A DNA stretch of 32,000 nt from Cupriavidus necator (GCF_016127575.1 NZ_CP066020.1:150001-182000), one strand, 5' to 3'; counted from the stretch's first letter, positions 1 through 9,083 are shown. Notes: generated by a model not told the origin, from the letters alone. Numbers and translations: made by a program.

Positions 1-1138
1 GGATCAGGCCGAAGCCTTCGATGACCTGGCGGTTCTGCTCGGTATCGGCGTCCTTGAGGTCGACCGACAGGAAGGCCGGCTCCTCCATCAGCGCCAGGCC
101 TGGGAACAGCCGCGCCAGGTCCGGCAACAGCGGACGCAGCACGCGGTTGACGTGCATGGCGCTTTCCAGCTCGTACCAGGCGTTCTTGCGCACGCAGTTG
201 GTAATGCGGATGTTCAGCGACAGCTTGTAGAAGTACGGGTTGCCGGGCTGGTACAGGGTCCGGATCGACGAGGTGGGAAAGAAGTCCGCGCCCTGCGTGC
301 CCAGGTCCTGCAGGCGGCCGCTCGCCAGCGCATCGTGCACCAGCGGATGCTCGCGCAGGTAGCCTGCCTGCCAGGGGTGGACCGGTACCGCCACGCGGTC
401 GGCCGGCACGGCGGGGGCATTCGCTGCGATCAACTGGTCGCAACTGGCGTCGCGCAGCGACTGCTGCGCGATGTCGCCGCGCGGCACCGCGAACCATGCC
501 AGCGGAAAGCGGGTGCGCAACTCCGGCGAGTAGCGCAGCAGGTCATCGTCGGAGAAGCCCTGCCGGCTCTTCGGCGTGGGGTGGAACGGATGGCCGAAGG
601 TCAGCGATTGCTCGGAATCGATATAGGCCTCCACCGGATCGGCAGGAATCGTGGCGGGCACCGGCACGGACAGCACTTCCGTGCTCACGGCGACGCTGTT
701 GCGGATCTGCTCCATCAGCTCGGTGTTGGGCGGCAGCTCGTGCTGCTGCGCCATCTCGCGCAACAGCAGCGCGGCCAGCGCTTCCCAGTCGAGCAGTGCC
801 CACGGCTTGTTCTCGGCCTTGTGGAATACCGGCGAGAGGTAGCGGTAGTTGCCGGTCAGCCAGGCACCGCCGACCACGGACAGCAGCCGGCCGTGGATAT
901 GCGGCAGCTGCACTTCCAGCACTTGGGCCGGCTCGCGCTGCAGCGTCATGGCGATGGTCGCGGGCCAGTCGTTGTGCCCGGCGGGCGGGCCGACGCGCAA
1001 CTGGCCGGCGGGGGCCGCGACCTCGCGGCAGTAGCAGTTCAGCAGTGTTTCCTGGCAGCGCCGCGCGGCGGCCAGTTCCGCCAGTTCCGTCAATACGCGG
1101 CGCGTGCCGGCATGTTCCATCTTGGTTTGCACTTGCAT
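1..1138 (-). CDS. IucA/IucC-family NRPS-independent siderophore synthetase (3' end runs off the window)
   Basis: Absent from the ORF track because it is open at the window edge. Hand translation of the reverse strand from ATG 1138..1136 gives MQVQTKMEHAG...SLTFGHPFHPTPKSRQGF...VPVHPWQAGYL...FFPTSSIRTLY...YKLSLNIRITNCVRKN. These are the GHPxHPxxK, HPWQ, SxRT and KLSLxIRxTN motifs typical of IucA/IucC enzymes. The frame stays open to base 1. An alternative start is ATG 1120. Confidence 0.85.
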   Translation of the reverse strand, partial: MQVQTKMEHAGTRRVLTELAELAAARRCQETLLNCYCREVAAPAGQLRVGPPAGHNDWPATIAMTLQREPAQVLEVQLPHIHGRLLSVVGGAWLTGNYRYLSPVFHKAENKPWALLDWEALAALLLREMAQQHELPPNTELMEQIRNSVAVSTEVLSVPVPATIPADPVEAYIDSEQSLTFGHPFHPTPKSRQGFSDDDLLRYSPELRTRFPLAWFAVPRGDIAQQSLRDASCDQLIAANAPAVPADRVAVPVHPWQAGYLREHPLVHDALASGRLQDLGTQGADFFPTSSIRTLYQPGNPYFYKLSLNIRITNCVRKNAWYELESAMHVNRVLRPLLPDLARLFPGLALMEEPAFLSVDLKDADTEQNRQVIEGFGLI

Positions 1139-1166
1139 TGTCTTGTGACCTCGTTCTCGGGAGGGA

Positions 1167-2342
1167 TCAGAGTGCGCTTATGCGCTGTCGGGCGGTAAGG
1201 AGCAGGTAGGCGACGGCCGGCGCGAGCAGCGCGGCGCCTAGCAGGTAAGGCGCGCGCTGGCCGGCCAGGCTGACTGCCGCGCCGGCGCCAAGCCCGGCCA
1301 CCACGCCACCCCATTTGGAACTGCTTTCGAACCAGCCGAAGGTGCGGCCGGCGTTGCCGGCGTGCACCACGCTTGCGACCAGCGCATGCAGCGCGATAAA
1401 GCCGGCCGTCATGGCGATGCCCATCAGCAGGCGCCAGGCCACCAGCGCCGGCAGGCCGAGCGGCGCCGCTTGGGCCAGCAGGGCGATCACCAGCGTGCCG
1501 TAGGCGGTGGCGAGCAGCCCCAGCGACGGGGCCAGCCCCAGCCGCCGCGACAGCAACGGTGCCGCGGCCAGGTACACCAGGTGGGGCAGGCCGAACAGCA
1601 GGCCGGCCGTGGCCGCGGAGATGGCAGGCATGCGCTGCTGCATGTCGGGGATGAAGTACGGGAACGTCACCACGGTGGCGAACACGAAGGCGAACTGCAG
1701 CACGTAGATCTGCCGCGGCGTGGCTGGCGCCGATACGCTTGCGCCGCCCGCGCGTGTTGCCGGGCGCTTCGCAGCGCCGGTGGCTTCGCCGGCAGGCAGC
1801 CATGCGATCAGCGCCGCGGCGGCCAGCGGCAGCAAGGCCAGCCAGCGGTACAGCACGATCGGCGATTCCGCCCCCATCCACAGGCCCAGGCAGGCGGGCG
1901 CCGCTACCAGCGCGGCGCGCGCCGACCACTGCATCGCCGTCAGGCTGCGCGTGAGCGTGGTGCCGCTGGCGACCGTTGCCAGGTAGGCGTTGGAGGCCGA
2001 GAACGTGCCGCCCAGCACGCCCTGCAGAACCAGGGCCGCCAGGAACGCAAACGAGTTGGTCGCATAGCTGGCCAGCAGGAAGCTTGCCGCCAGCCCCAGT
2101 TGCGCGCGCATCAGCAGCGGCTTCTTGCCGAAGCGGTCCGCGAGCCGGCCCCACCATGGCGCCGACAGCGCCGCCAGCAGCGTCGGCACCACGTAGAACG
2201 CGCCCGCGAGCCACGGCACGTCGTTATGCAGCGAGCGCTGCAGGATCAGCGCGAAGAACGGCGGCATGCCCAGCGCCGCGAAGGCGGCGATGAAATGGCA
2301 TAGCATCACCACCGCGACCACCTGTCGCGTGCCCGCGCTCAT
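1167..2342 (-). CDS. MFS transporter, probable siderophore exporter
   Basis: The track ORF 1167..2858 is over-extended. An internal ATG at 2342..2340 (MSAGTRQVVAVVMLCHFIAAFAALGMPPFF) overlaps the upstream TGA by 4 nt (ATGA). The product is 391 aa, hydrophobic throughout, with the MFS loop motif GRLADRFGKKP. Confidence 0.85.
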   Translation of the reverse strand: MSAGTRQVVAVVMLCHFIAAFAALGMPPFFALILQRSLHNDVPWLAGAFYVVPTLLAALSAPWWGRLADRFGKKPLLMRAQLGLAASFLLASYATNSFAFLAALVLQGVLGGTFSASNAYLATVASGTTLTRSLTAMQWSARAALVAAPACLGLWMGAESPIVLYRWLALLPLAAAALIAWLPAGEATGAAKRPATRAGGASVSAPATPRQIYVLQFAFVFATVVTFPYFIPDMQQRMPAISAATAGLLFGLPHLVYLAAAPLLSRRLGLAPSLGLLATAYGTLVIALLAQAAPLGLPALVAWRLLMGIAMTAGFIALHALVASVVHAGNAGRTFGWFESSSKWGGVVAGLGAGAAVSLAGQRAPYLLGAALLAPAVAYLLLTARQRISAL

Positions 2343-4156
2343 GCGGCCACCCGCAGGAAGTTGGGCGCGCGCTTGCCGTAGAACTTGTTGACGTCGGTTG
2401 CGCCGGTCTGCGCCTTCTCCACCAGCGATGCAGCGGTCAGCAGGTACTTGAGGTGCAGGCGGTCGTCGTCGAGCAGCACCTGGCGGGCGAAGCCGGTGTC
2501 TTCGCCGGCGGCGGCCAGGTCGGCAAGCACGGCCGCCACGTGGTCCCGCACGCGCGCGTAGCCGGCGGCCGGATCGGTGCCACGACGCTGCGCAAGGCCT
2601 TCCACCAGCGCCGCGATATTCAGTTGCAGCGTGATGGTGACGAACATCTGCGCCAGCGGCAGCGCCTCGGCCACGCCGATGCGCTGGTCTTCCAGGCCGT
2701 CGAGGCGGGCCGCCAGCGCCGGCCAGCGGCGACCGAGCGTGCCGCGGTCGATGCGTGCCGCATCGTTGTCCTTCAGCAGCAGGCGCAAGCCATCGTCGGA
2801 GTAGACCAGCATCGAGTTCTGCTGGTTTGACTCCAGGGCAATGCCGTAGCGCAGCCATAGCGTCAGGTGCAGTTGCAGCGTGAGCGCGAGGTAGGCGTCG
2901 AACCAGGCATCGAGATCGCCGCCATGGTAGCGGCCGGCGAGTGCCTCGGCCACGCAGTTGCCGCTTGCGGTCTCGGCGAGCAGGCCGGCCACCGACACCA
3001 CGGTGGCGTTCGCCAGTTGCTGCTCGGGGTAGCGGCGCAGGATGTAGCCCAGGAACGGTCGCTGGTCCACATGGGCGCCGTTGGCTTCATCGGTGAACAG
3101 CACCTGTCCGTTGAGGCCCGGTTCGCGCCGGACGATATCGCCAAGCAGTGACTGGATGCGATGGCCGTCGCCGATGGTGCTGGGCTTGATGGTGCGGATG
3201 TTCCTGGCGCCCAGGGTGCGGATCGTGAGCGGCAGCTTGACGTGCCACGCGGGCGCATCGAGCAGGACCAGCGAGCGCACCGACAGGGTGGGCGACACGC
3301 GCAGGTATGTGCGCGGCGCGCGGATGACCTGGCAGTCGAGCCCGGCTTCGGCCATGAAGCCGTCCAGATGGTGCTGCCATACGAACGGATGCACGGGCAC
3401 CAGCGCATGCGATGCGGCGAGCGCGGGATCGAGGCCGACATCGGCGAAATCCGGCCAGTTCGGCGGCAGCGCGTCGCCGCTGGGATGATGGCGCTCGCGC
3501 GGCACCGCCAGCCAGTTCAACGCGAATGCGGGCTGGAACTCGGGCGCGTAGCGGGCGAGATCGCTGGCGGCAAAGCCCAGCTTGGCGCGCGCGGTGGGGT
3601 AGTAGGGGTGGTCGAGGAAGCCCGCGACGCGGTCATAGTGCAGCATGCGCTGGTCCCATGCCGGCAGCGCGTGGCCGTCTGCGCTGTGCGGCTGCGCGAA
3701 CCAGCGCGCGCGTTCGGCCATCGAAGCCTTGCGGTGCTCGACCGCCGCACGGCATTCATCGGCGTAGGCGGTGAACAGCCGTGCGTCTTCGGCAGGAAGA
3801 TCGCCGGCAAATGCGGCCAGGATGGCATCGACGTCATGCAGCGCGGCGAACGCTCCGGCGTCTTCGCGCAGCAGCGGCGGGCGGGTCAGGCGCCATTCCT
3901 GCATGTAGCGGGCGGGCGTTACCGGGATCCACACCGTCCCGGCGCCAAGGTGCGCCACGCGCAGCCACTGCTGGCCGGCGTCGAAACCATGCGCAGTGGC
4001 GGCGGGTATAGCGGCAGTGTCGCGTAGTTCGCCGCGGCTGGCGCATGCGCGGACATCTTCGCGCAGCAAGGTGTCGACGACACGAACGCAAATATAAGCC
4101 GCATCCGCATCCGGCGCGGCAGAGAGCCCCGGTTCTTCAGGCAGGCACGCGGTCAT
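2339..4156 (-). CDS. IucA/IucC-family NRPS-independent siderophore synthetase
   Basis: 605-aa ORF with HPYYPTARAKLGF, VPVHPFVWQHHL, TLSVRSLV, HVKLPLTIRTLGARNIRTIKP and ALESNQQNSML motifs typical of IucA/IucC. Its ATG overlaps the ATP-grasp gene stop by 4 nt. Confidence 0.9.
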   Translation of the reverse strand: MTACLPEEPGLSAAPDADAAYICVRVVDTLLREDVRACASRGELRDTAAIPAATAHGFDAGQQWLRVAHLGAGTVWIPVTPARYMQEWRLTRPPLLREDAGAFAALHDVDAILAAFAGDLPAEDARLFTAYADECRAAVEHRKASMAERARWFAQPHSADGHALPAWDQRMLHYDRVAGFLDHPYYPTARAKLGFAASDLARYAPEFQPAFALNWLAVPRERHHPSGDALPPNWPDFADVGLDPALAASHALVPVHPFVWQHHLDGFMAEAGLDCQVIRAPRTYLRVSPTLSVRSLVLLDAPAWHVKLPLTIRTLGARNIRTIKPSTIGDGHRIQSLLGDIVRREPGLNGQVLFTDEANGAHVDQRPFLGYILRRYPEQQLANATVVSVAGLLAETASGNCVAEALAGRYHGGDLDAWFDAYLALTLQLHLTLWLRYGIALESNQQNSMLVYSDDGLRLLLKDNDAARIDRGTLGRRWPALAARLDGLEDQRIGVAEALPLAQMFVTITLQLNIAALVEGLAQRRGTDPAAGYARVRDHVAAVLADLAAAGEDTGFARQVLLDDDRLHLKYLLTAASLVEKAQTGATDVNKFYGKRAPNFLRVAA

Positions 4157-5358
4157 TGTGTGATCTCCCAGGCGAGCTTGCTACTGGCCATCTCCACCGC
4201 TGCGGCAAGACCTTTGAGGTCGGGACCGCTGCCGCGCAGCACGCCCAGGTAATCCTTGTTCGAGTTGGTTAGCTGAATGGCGTCGCCCACCTTGCGCAGC
4301 GGCTGGTAGGTCAGGCGCACGCCGTCGCCTTCATGCTGGCTGTGGCACGGCGCATGCCTCAGCGTGCCTTCGGCCTGGGCCGTGAAATATCGGATCCAGG
4401 CCGCCCGCTTCGGTACCTCGAGCGCCGGCAGGGCTTCGCCCAGGTGCAGGCGCAGGACCTGCTCGAACAGCGGGAACTGCAGCGTGTCGGACAGCAGGAA
4501 CTCGCGGTAGTCGCCGATGCTGCGGTAGTTGATCTCGATGAGGCGCGGGCCCTTCGGGGTCAGCACGTATTCCGTGTGGCAGGCGCCGAAGCCGATGCCG
4601 AAGCGGCGGATGGTGTCCAGGACTTCGGCCTCGACCGACGCCGGCAGGCCGGTGCCCCATACGGCTTCCAGTTCTACGAAGTACGGCGGCGGCGACAGGG
4701 TCACGCGGAAGCCGCCCAGCGCGCGGATCTCCTTGCCATCGCCGAGCGTCTCCAGCGTGTACAGCGGGCCCTCCAGGTATTCCTCCAGCAGCAGCGCCTG
4801 GCCGGGGTGCCGGACCCAGATCGCGCCGCAATGCTCGGCCAGTTCGGCGTGGCTGCGCGCCAGGCTGACCTGCTGGCTGGCCACGCCTTCGCGCGGCTTG
4901 ACGATGCACGGCATCGGCACATCGGCGAGGGCAGTCAGGCCGGCGGTATCGCAGACCACCGCATGCCACAGCGTGTCGATGCCCGACTCCGCCAGCCGCC
5001 GCCGCATTTCCGCCTTGTTCTTGGCGGCGTAGGTGGTGCGCCAGTCCTTGCCCGGTAGGCCGAAGTAGGCCGCTGCAATCGCCGTGGCCGTCTGCAGGTG
5101 ATCGCTGTTGGAAAAGACTGCGCCGGGCTTGCCACCTCGTCTGGTGATGGCATCGATGGCAGCCAGCGGATTAAAGACATCGCACGGAACAATATCATCC
5201 GGGTAGGCGGGCAGCCCTGCGCTAGCGAAGTGAGCGCGATGGGCATCGGCGCAATCAGTCAGCATGACCACGGACAGGCCTAGTGCTCGTGCGGCAGGCA
5301 GAAAACCTTCGTTAATGGGGGCAGTAGGGACGTGGGCGAGTACAAAGATCTCTTGCAT
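4153..5358 (-). CDS. ATP-grasp domain protein, first gene of the siderophore biosynthesis operon
   Basis: 401-aa ORF with CIVKPREGVASQQV, LLLEEYLEGPLYTLE and ACHTEYVLTPKGPRLIEINYR segments (ATP-grasp fold signature E-x-N-x-R). It shares strand with, and overlaps, the downstream IucA/IucC gene. Confidence 0.8.
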   Translation of the reverse strand: MQEIFVLAHVPTAPINEGFLPAARALGLSVVMLTDCADAHRAHFASAGLPAYPDDIVPCDVFNPLAAIDAITRRGGKPGAVFSNSDHLQTATAIAAAYFGLPGKDWRTTYAAKNKAEMRRRLAESGIDTLWHAVVCDTAGLTALADVPMPCIVKPREGVASQQVSLARSHAELAEHCGAIWVRHPGQALLLEEYLEGPLYTLETLGDGKEIRALGGFRVTLSPPPYFVELEAVWGTGLPASVEAEVLDTIRRFGIGFGACHTEYVLTPKGPRLIEINYRSIGDYREFLLSDTLQFPLFEQVLRLHLGEALPALEVPKRAAWIRYFTAQAEGTLRHAPCHSQHEGDGVRLTYQPLRKVGDAIQLTNSNKDYLGVLRGSGPDLKGLAAAVEMASSKLAWEITQ

Positions 5359-5382
5359 CGATATGTAGCTTTATGAGAGATG

Positions 5383-5414
5383 TTGCAAATACAAATTGCA
5401 ATGATTCGTATTAC
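5383..5414 (-). promoter_or_regulatory. Possible Fur-box-like AT-rich operator upstream of the ATP-grasp operon
   Basis: Coding-strand sequence GTAATACGAATCATTGCAATTTGTATTTGCAA lies 25-56 nt upstream of ATG 5358. It contains AATCATT (about 11/19 to GATAATGATAATCATTATC) and two palindromic TTGCAA hexamers. It is an AT-rich patch in otherwise GC-rich DNA. Confidence 0.3.
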
Positions 5415-5545
5415 TGTCGATGGGTGAAATTTCGTCGCGGCCATGCGTTGATTGAGGTTGCCGGAGCTAGAGAAGGGACGGCCCTGAGAGCCGCCCTCTA
5501 GTGGCTTATGGCCTTACGACAAGTTTGTACTGCGGTGTGGATGCT

Positions 5546-7669
5546 TTACATCCGGTACCGCAGCGTCGCCATCACGCTGCGCGGGGCACCCGGCATGTTC
5601 AGGTTGGAGCTGGTGCCATGCGCCGACACGATGTAGCCCTTGTCAAACAGGTTGTACACGTTCAGCTGCGCCTCGAACGCGCCGCGGCGGTACCAGGCCA
5701 TGGCGTCGGCGGTGACGTAGCCAGGCAGCGTCACGGTGTTGAGCGGATCGGCATAGCGCGCGCCCACCAGGTTGAGGCCTGCGCCCACGCCGAAGCCGTG
5801 GCCCAGGTCCTTCGTCACCCACGCGTTGCCCGAGTGGCGCGGCGTGATGGTGGCGCGCTTGCCCTGCAGCGCGGCGGTGGACTTGGTGATGGTGGCATCC
5901 AGGTACGCGTAGCCCGCCAGCATGCGCCAGCCGCCGCCCAGCTCGGCCGCGCCGGAGATCTCGATGCCGTCGGTGCGCTGCTCGCCGATCGGCAGTAGTG
6001 CCGTGTTGGTGGCGTTGGCCACCTTGATGTTGCTGCGCTCCAGGCGGAACACCGAGATCGTGGTGCTGGCCTTGCCGTTCAGCCAGTCGTACTTGGCGCC
6101 GACTTCAGTGTTGTTGGTGGTCTCGGGCGCCAGGTCGGCGTTGTTGGCCGCCAGCGCAAAGGCCTCACCCGACGGCTGGAACGACTTGCTCCACGACACG
6201 TAGTACGACTGCGCCTTCGACGGCTGCCACACCAGGCCGGCGCGCGGACTCCAGGCGGTGTCGGTGCGCGACAGGTCGCGCTGGCCTGCGATCCGGTTCC
6301 TGGTCTCTTGCTGGAAGTTGTCGTAGCGCACCCCCACCAGCGCCTTCCACTGCTCGCTGAACTTGATCATGTCCTGGGTGTAGAACGCCAGGGTGTCGAA
6401 CACGCCCAGGTTCGAGGTGGTCGGGTTGCCCGGCGCCTTCAGCGGCAGCGTCATCAGCACCGGGTTGAACAGGTCGAACACTGCCGGGCGGCCGTTGGCG
6501 CCGAGCACCGGCTTGGTGTTGTTGACCTGGTCCTTGTTCTGCTGCCCGATCTCCATGCCGTACAGGATCTCGTGCTCCATGCCCAGGAAGGTGGCCTTCT
6601 GGGTCAGGTCGGTCTGGTTGAACCAGCCATGTTCCTCGCGGCGGACATTGCCGTGGTTCATGGTCAGCGTGCGCGCCGCTTCGTTGACCGCGGAGGTCAG
6701 CGTGTTGTTGCGGTCCAGCGAGTAGTGGTAGTAGCGCGTGGCGTTGCGGATCGACCAGTTCTGGTTGAAGCGGTGGTTGATCGTGGCAGTGCCGGAGAAC
6801 ACGCGCGACTGCGAGTAGTCGGCATCGCGCGCATTGGCCGCGCCGTAGTAGCGCGAGGCCGGCACGTCGACCGGGCGGCCCTGGTAGGCCGGGATGCCGA
6901 AGTCGGTGACGCGGCGGTCTTCCAGGTAGTCGGCCTGGAACAGCACGGTGGTCTCAGGTGCGACGCGCAGCTCCAGCGACGGCGCGATCGCCTTGCGGTC
7001 CAGGAACTGCTGCGAGCGATAGCTGTTGGCCTTCTCCACGGCGCCGGTGATGCGGAACGCGGCGGCGCCGTCGGCGAACACGCGGCCGACGTCGGCCTCG
7101 GCGCGGCGGTCGGCCCACATGCCGTAGCTCAGCGCGAAATCGGTGACGTCGATGCCAGGCTTCTTGGTGACGCGGTTGATCAGGCCACCGGCCGAGCCAC
7201 GCCCGTACAGCACCGCCGCCGGGCCCTTGACCACTTCGACGCGGTCCACGTTGGACAGGTCGCGGAAGTACAGCGCGTCATCGCGGATGCCATCGACGAA
7301 CTGGTCGGCGATCGCGGTGAAGCCGCGGATCGAGACCTGGTCGCGCTGGCCATCGCCATGTGAGAACGACACGCCGGGCACGTTCTTCAGCGCGTCCTGC
7401 ATCGACGTGGCGTGCTGGTCGCGCATTACCTCGGCGGTGACCACGTTGACGGTCTGCGGGACGTCGCGCAGCGGCGCTTCGGTCTTGGTTGCGCTGAGCG
7501 CGTTGGGCGGGTTGTAGCCGGCGCCCAACTCACGGCTGACGTCGGCCTTGACGGTGACCTCGGGCAGCTGCGCCGCTGCAGTCGGTGTCGCCTGCGACCA
7601 GGCTGCCATCGGTTGAAAAACGAAAGTCCCCGCCACCGCGGCGCAGATCGGGTGAAGCTTTATTCTCAT
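5546..7669 (-). CDS. TonB-dependent siderophore receptor
   Basis: The track ORF 5546..7750 is trimmed to ATG 7669 (alternative 7681). This gives a signal-peptide-like start, MRIKLHPICAAVAGTFVFQPMAAWSQA. Plug motifs are present (APLRDVPQTVNVV, VSIRGF, VEVVKGPAAVLYGRGSAGGLIN), followed by a long beta-barrel-type region. Confidence 0.9.
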   Translation of the reverse strand: MRIKLHPICAAVAGTFVFQPMAAWSQATPTAAAQLPEVTVKADVSRELGAGYNPPNALSATKTEAPLRDVPQTVNVVTAEVMRDQHATSMQDALKNVPGVSFSHGDGQRDQVSIRGFTAIADQFVDGIRDDALYFRDLSNVDRVEVVKGPAAVLYGRGSAGGLINRVTKKPGIDVTDFALSYGMWADRRAEADVGRVFADGAAAFRITGAVEKANSYRSQQFLDRKAIAPSLELRVAPETTVLFQADYLEDRRVTDFGIPAYQGRPVDVPASRYYGAANARDADYSQSRVFSGTATINHRFNQNWSIRNATRYYHYSLDRNNTLTSAVNEAARTLTMNHGNVRREEHGWFNQTDLTQKATFLGMEHEILYGMEIGQQNKDQVNNTKPVLGANGRPAVFDLFNPVLMTLPLKAPGNPTTSNLGVFDTLAFYTQDMIKFSEQWKALVGVRYDNFQQETRNRIAGQRDLSRTDTAWSPRAGLVWQPSKAQSYYVSWSKSFQPSGEAFALAANNADLAPETTNNTEVGAKYDWLNGKASTTISVFRLERSNIKVANATNTALLPIGEQRTDGIEISGAAELGGGWRMLAGYAYLDATITKSTAALQGKRATITPRHSGNAWVTKDLGHGFGVGAGLNLVGARYADPLNTVTLPGYVTADAMAWYRRGAFEAQLNVYNLFDKGYIVSAHGTSSNLNMPGAPRSVMATLRYRM

Positions 7670-7714
7670 TCTTCGGCTCATGTTTTGTAATGCTTCGTAA
7701 TATTTTTTGCAAAC

Positions 7715-7750
7715 GCGACGCATTATCATTTGCGTTTGTTGGAAGGTCAA
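7715..7750 (-). promoter_or_regulatory. Sigma70-like promoter with overlapping Fur-box-like site for the receptor gene
   Basis: The coding strand reads TTGACC (7750..7745), a 17-nt spacer, then GATAAT (7727..7722). GCAAATGATAATGCGTCGC (7733..7715) matches the Fur consensus at about 12/19 positions, including the ATGATAAT core, and overlaps the -10 element. Confidence 0.5.
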
Positions 7751-8099
7751 CCTTTTCTTGAACCAATTGGGGCCGCCGTCGTAATCTATGGGCGGACTTG
7801 CATAAGAGCCTTATGGAGCATATCCACCCGACCGGAAGAATTGCAGGACTCGGATTGTGGCCAAGTGCGCGCTACGGGGGGCGGACTCGGTTCAAGGTGG
7901 AAAAAGCTGCGTGTTGCGGGGGCGGATTGGCCGTAACGCCAGTTCGCGAGCGGATACAAAGGCTTACAACGCTCTCAACCGCGAGGGTCAACCGTGAAAA
8001 CCCACTGCCGTTACAGGAGGTAACCAGCTTTAGTTTCTGCACATACCAAACAGGACGAGGACGCTCTAAGGTATTGGCAGCATTCGACGGAATCGCATC

Positions 8100-8420
8100 A
8101 TGCAAAAGATCTTGGCAGTTTGTGCAATTGCAGCCGCGTCAATACTCGTGTCAGGTACCGCCCAGGCAAGGGTGGACGTGGGAATTGGCATCGGTATCCC
8201 TGGTGTCGTTATTGCTGCGCCGCCGCCCCCGGTGTACTACGAACCGGCCCCTGTCTATGTTGCACCACGCCCTGTAATCGTGGCACCCCCGCCCGGTTAT
8301 TACGACGACGATTGGCAAGCGCGCGCCTGGCGCGAGGAACAGTGGCGTGAACAGCGATGGAGGGAGCGTGAATGGCGAGAGCGCCATCGCAGGTGGCACC
8401 GCTGGCATGACGACGATTGA
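8100..8420 (+). CDS. Small exported protein with PxPV-type proline repeats and a W/R/E-rich tail
   Basis: 106 aa with a signal-peptide-like N-terminus, MQKILAVCAIAAASILVSGTAQA. Next comes PPPPVYYEPAPVYVAPRPVIVAPPPGYY, then WQARAWREEQWREQRWREREWRERHRRWHRWHDDD. The Shine-Dalgarno is weak. Confidence 0.6.
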   Translation: MQKILAVCAIAAASILVSGTAQARVDVGIGIGIPGVVIAAPPPPVYYEPAPVYVAPRPVIVAPPPGYYDDDWQARAWREEQWREQRWREREWRERHRRWHRWHDDD

Positions 8421-8467
8421 CGCTCCGGAGCGCTGTACTTTTGACGCGCCGGCGCTGTACTTGGATG

Positions 8468-8794
8468 TCAGGTCGCGTGCCAAAGACAGTGGGCGCCTTC
8501 AGACGAGATGGCGATGTCGCCGACGGCGGGCAGGAGGGTCCGATAAACCATGGCGGTGGTCCCGATTCGAAGTCCCAGGGCGCCTACTCCAAAGCTGGCG
8601 AAGGTCGCCGAGATGACCCGCCACCCATTTTGTATATGTCTGGACGCAGCCAGTAGAGGGTTCGAGCCTACATCAGCCGCCCGGCACACGGCACCACGGT
8701 ACGCATTCACCAAGCGGTAGCCCGCGTAGACCTCCTGAGAATTACGCACTGCATACGGCGCCTCGTCAACAGAAGGGCCTCTGCGGCCAGCCAC
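8468..8794 (-). CDS. Hypothetical protein (weakly supported)
   Basis: 108-aa ORF with a GTG start preceded by GAGGGG 4 nt upstream, 50 nt downstream of the lipoprotein gene on the same strand. It has one hydrophobic stretch (VISATFASFGVGALGLRIGTTAMV) and no recognisable motif. Confidence 0.3.
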   Translation of the reverse strand: MAGRRGPSVDEAPYAVRNSQEVYAGYRLVNAYRGAVCRAADVGSNPLLAASRHIQNGWRVISATFASFGVGALGLRIGTTAMVYRTLLPAVGDIAISSEGAHCLWHAT

Positions 8795-8844
8795 AAGGCC
8801 CCTCTAACAGAGACTTACTTTGCTTACGTCGAGTCCTTGAGTCC

Positions 8845-9045
8845 TCAGCGGGCAGTGCTTGATCCAGTCGCTGAGCCGCTTGCGCTGCCGGCTGAGCTAG
8901 AGCCCGTGCCCGACGCGCTAGATTGAGGGCTCACACTTCCGGAGCCGGATAGTGATCCGGTACCACTGGTGCTGCCCGCGGCCGTACAGCCGGCCAAAGC
9001 GCATACGATTACTAGTGCGAACGCAGTCGAGGTCGTCTTTCTCAT
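8845..9045 (-). CDS. Small Ser/Gly-rich lipoprotein
   Basis: 66 aa, MRKTTSTAFALVIVCALAGC, with the lipobox LAGC, followed by a low-complexity S/G/T tail. GGAG lies about 6 nt upstream of the ATG. Confidence 0.6.
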   Translation of the reverse strand: MRKTTSTAFALVIVCALAGCTAAGSTSGTGSLSGSGSVSPQSSASGTGSSSAGSASGSATGSSTAR

Positions 9046-9083
9046 CTTGTGCTCCGTTTATTGGGATCGGGCTCCACGGCATC

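Noticed and set aside
5460-5545. Terminator hairpin after the receptor gene (CTAGAGGGCGGC...GCCGTCCCTTCTCTAG)
   Set aside because: The stem has a bulge and an internal mismatch and there is no U-tract. It is too weak to call.
152-7363. Long plus-strand ORFs across the siderophore locus (152..1198, 496..1209, 1362..2303, 3161..4027, 4333..5058, 5501..5998, 6308..7363) and extra reverse-strand frames (1090..2214, 2863..3441)
   Set aside because: Their products are Arg/Ala/Gly/Pro/His-rich and low in complexity, with no motifs. They overlap reverse-strand genes that carry clear family signatures. These are the usual shadow ORFs of very GC-rich coding DNA.
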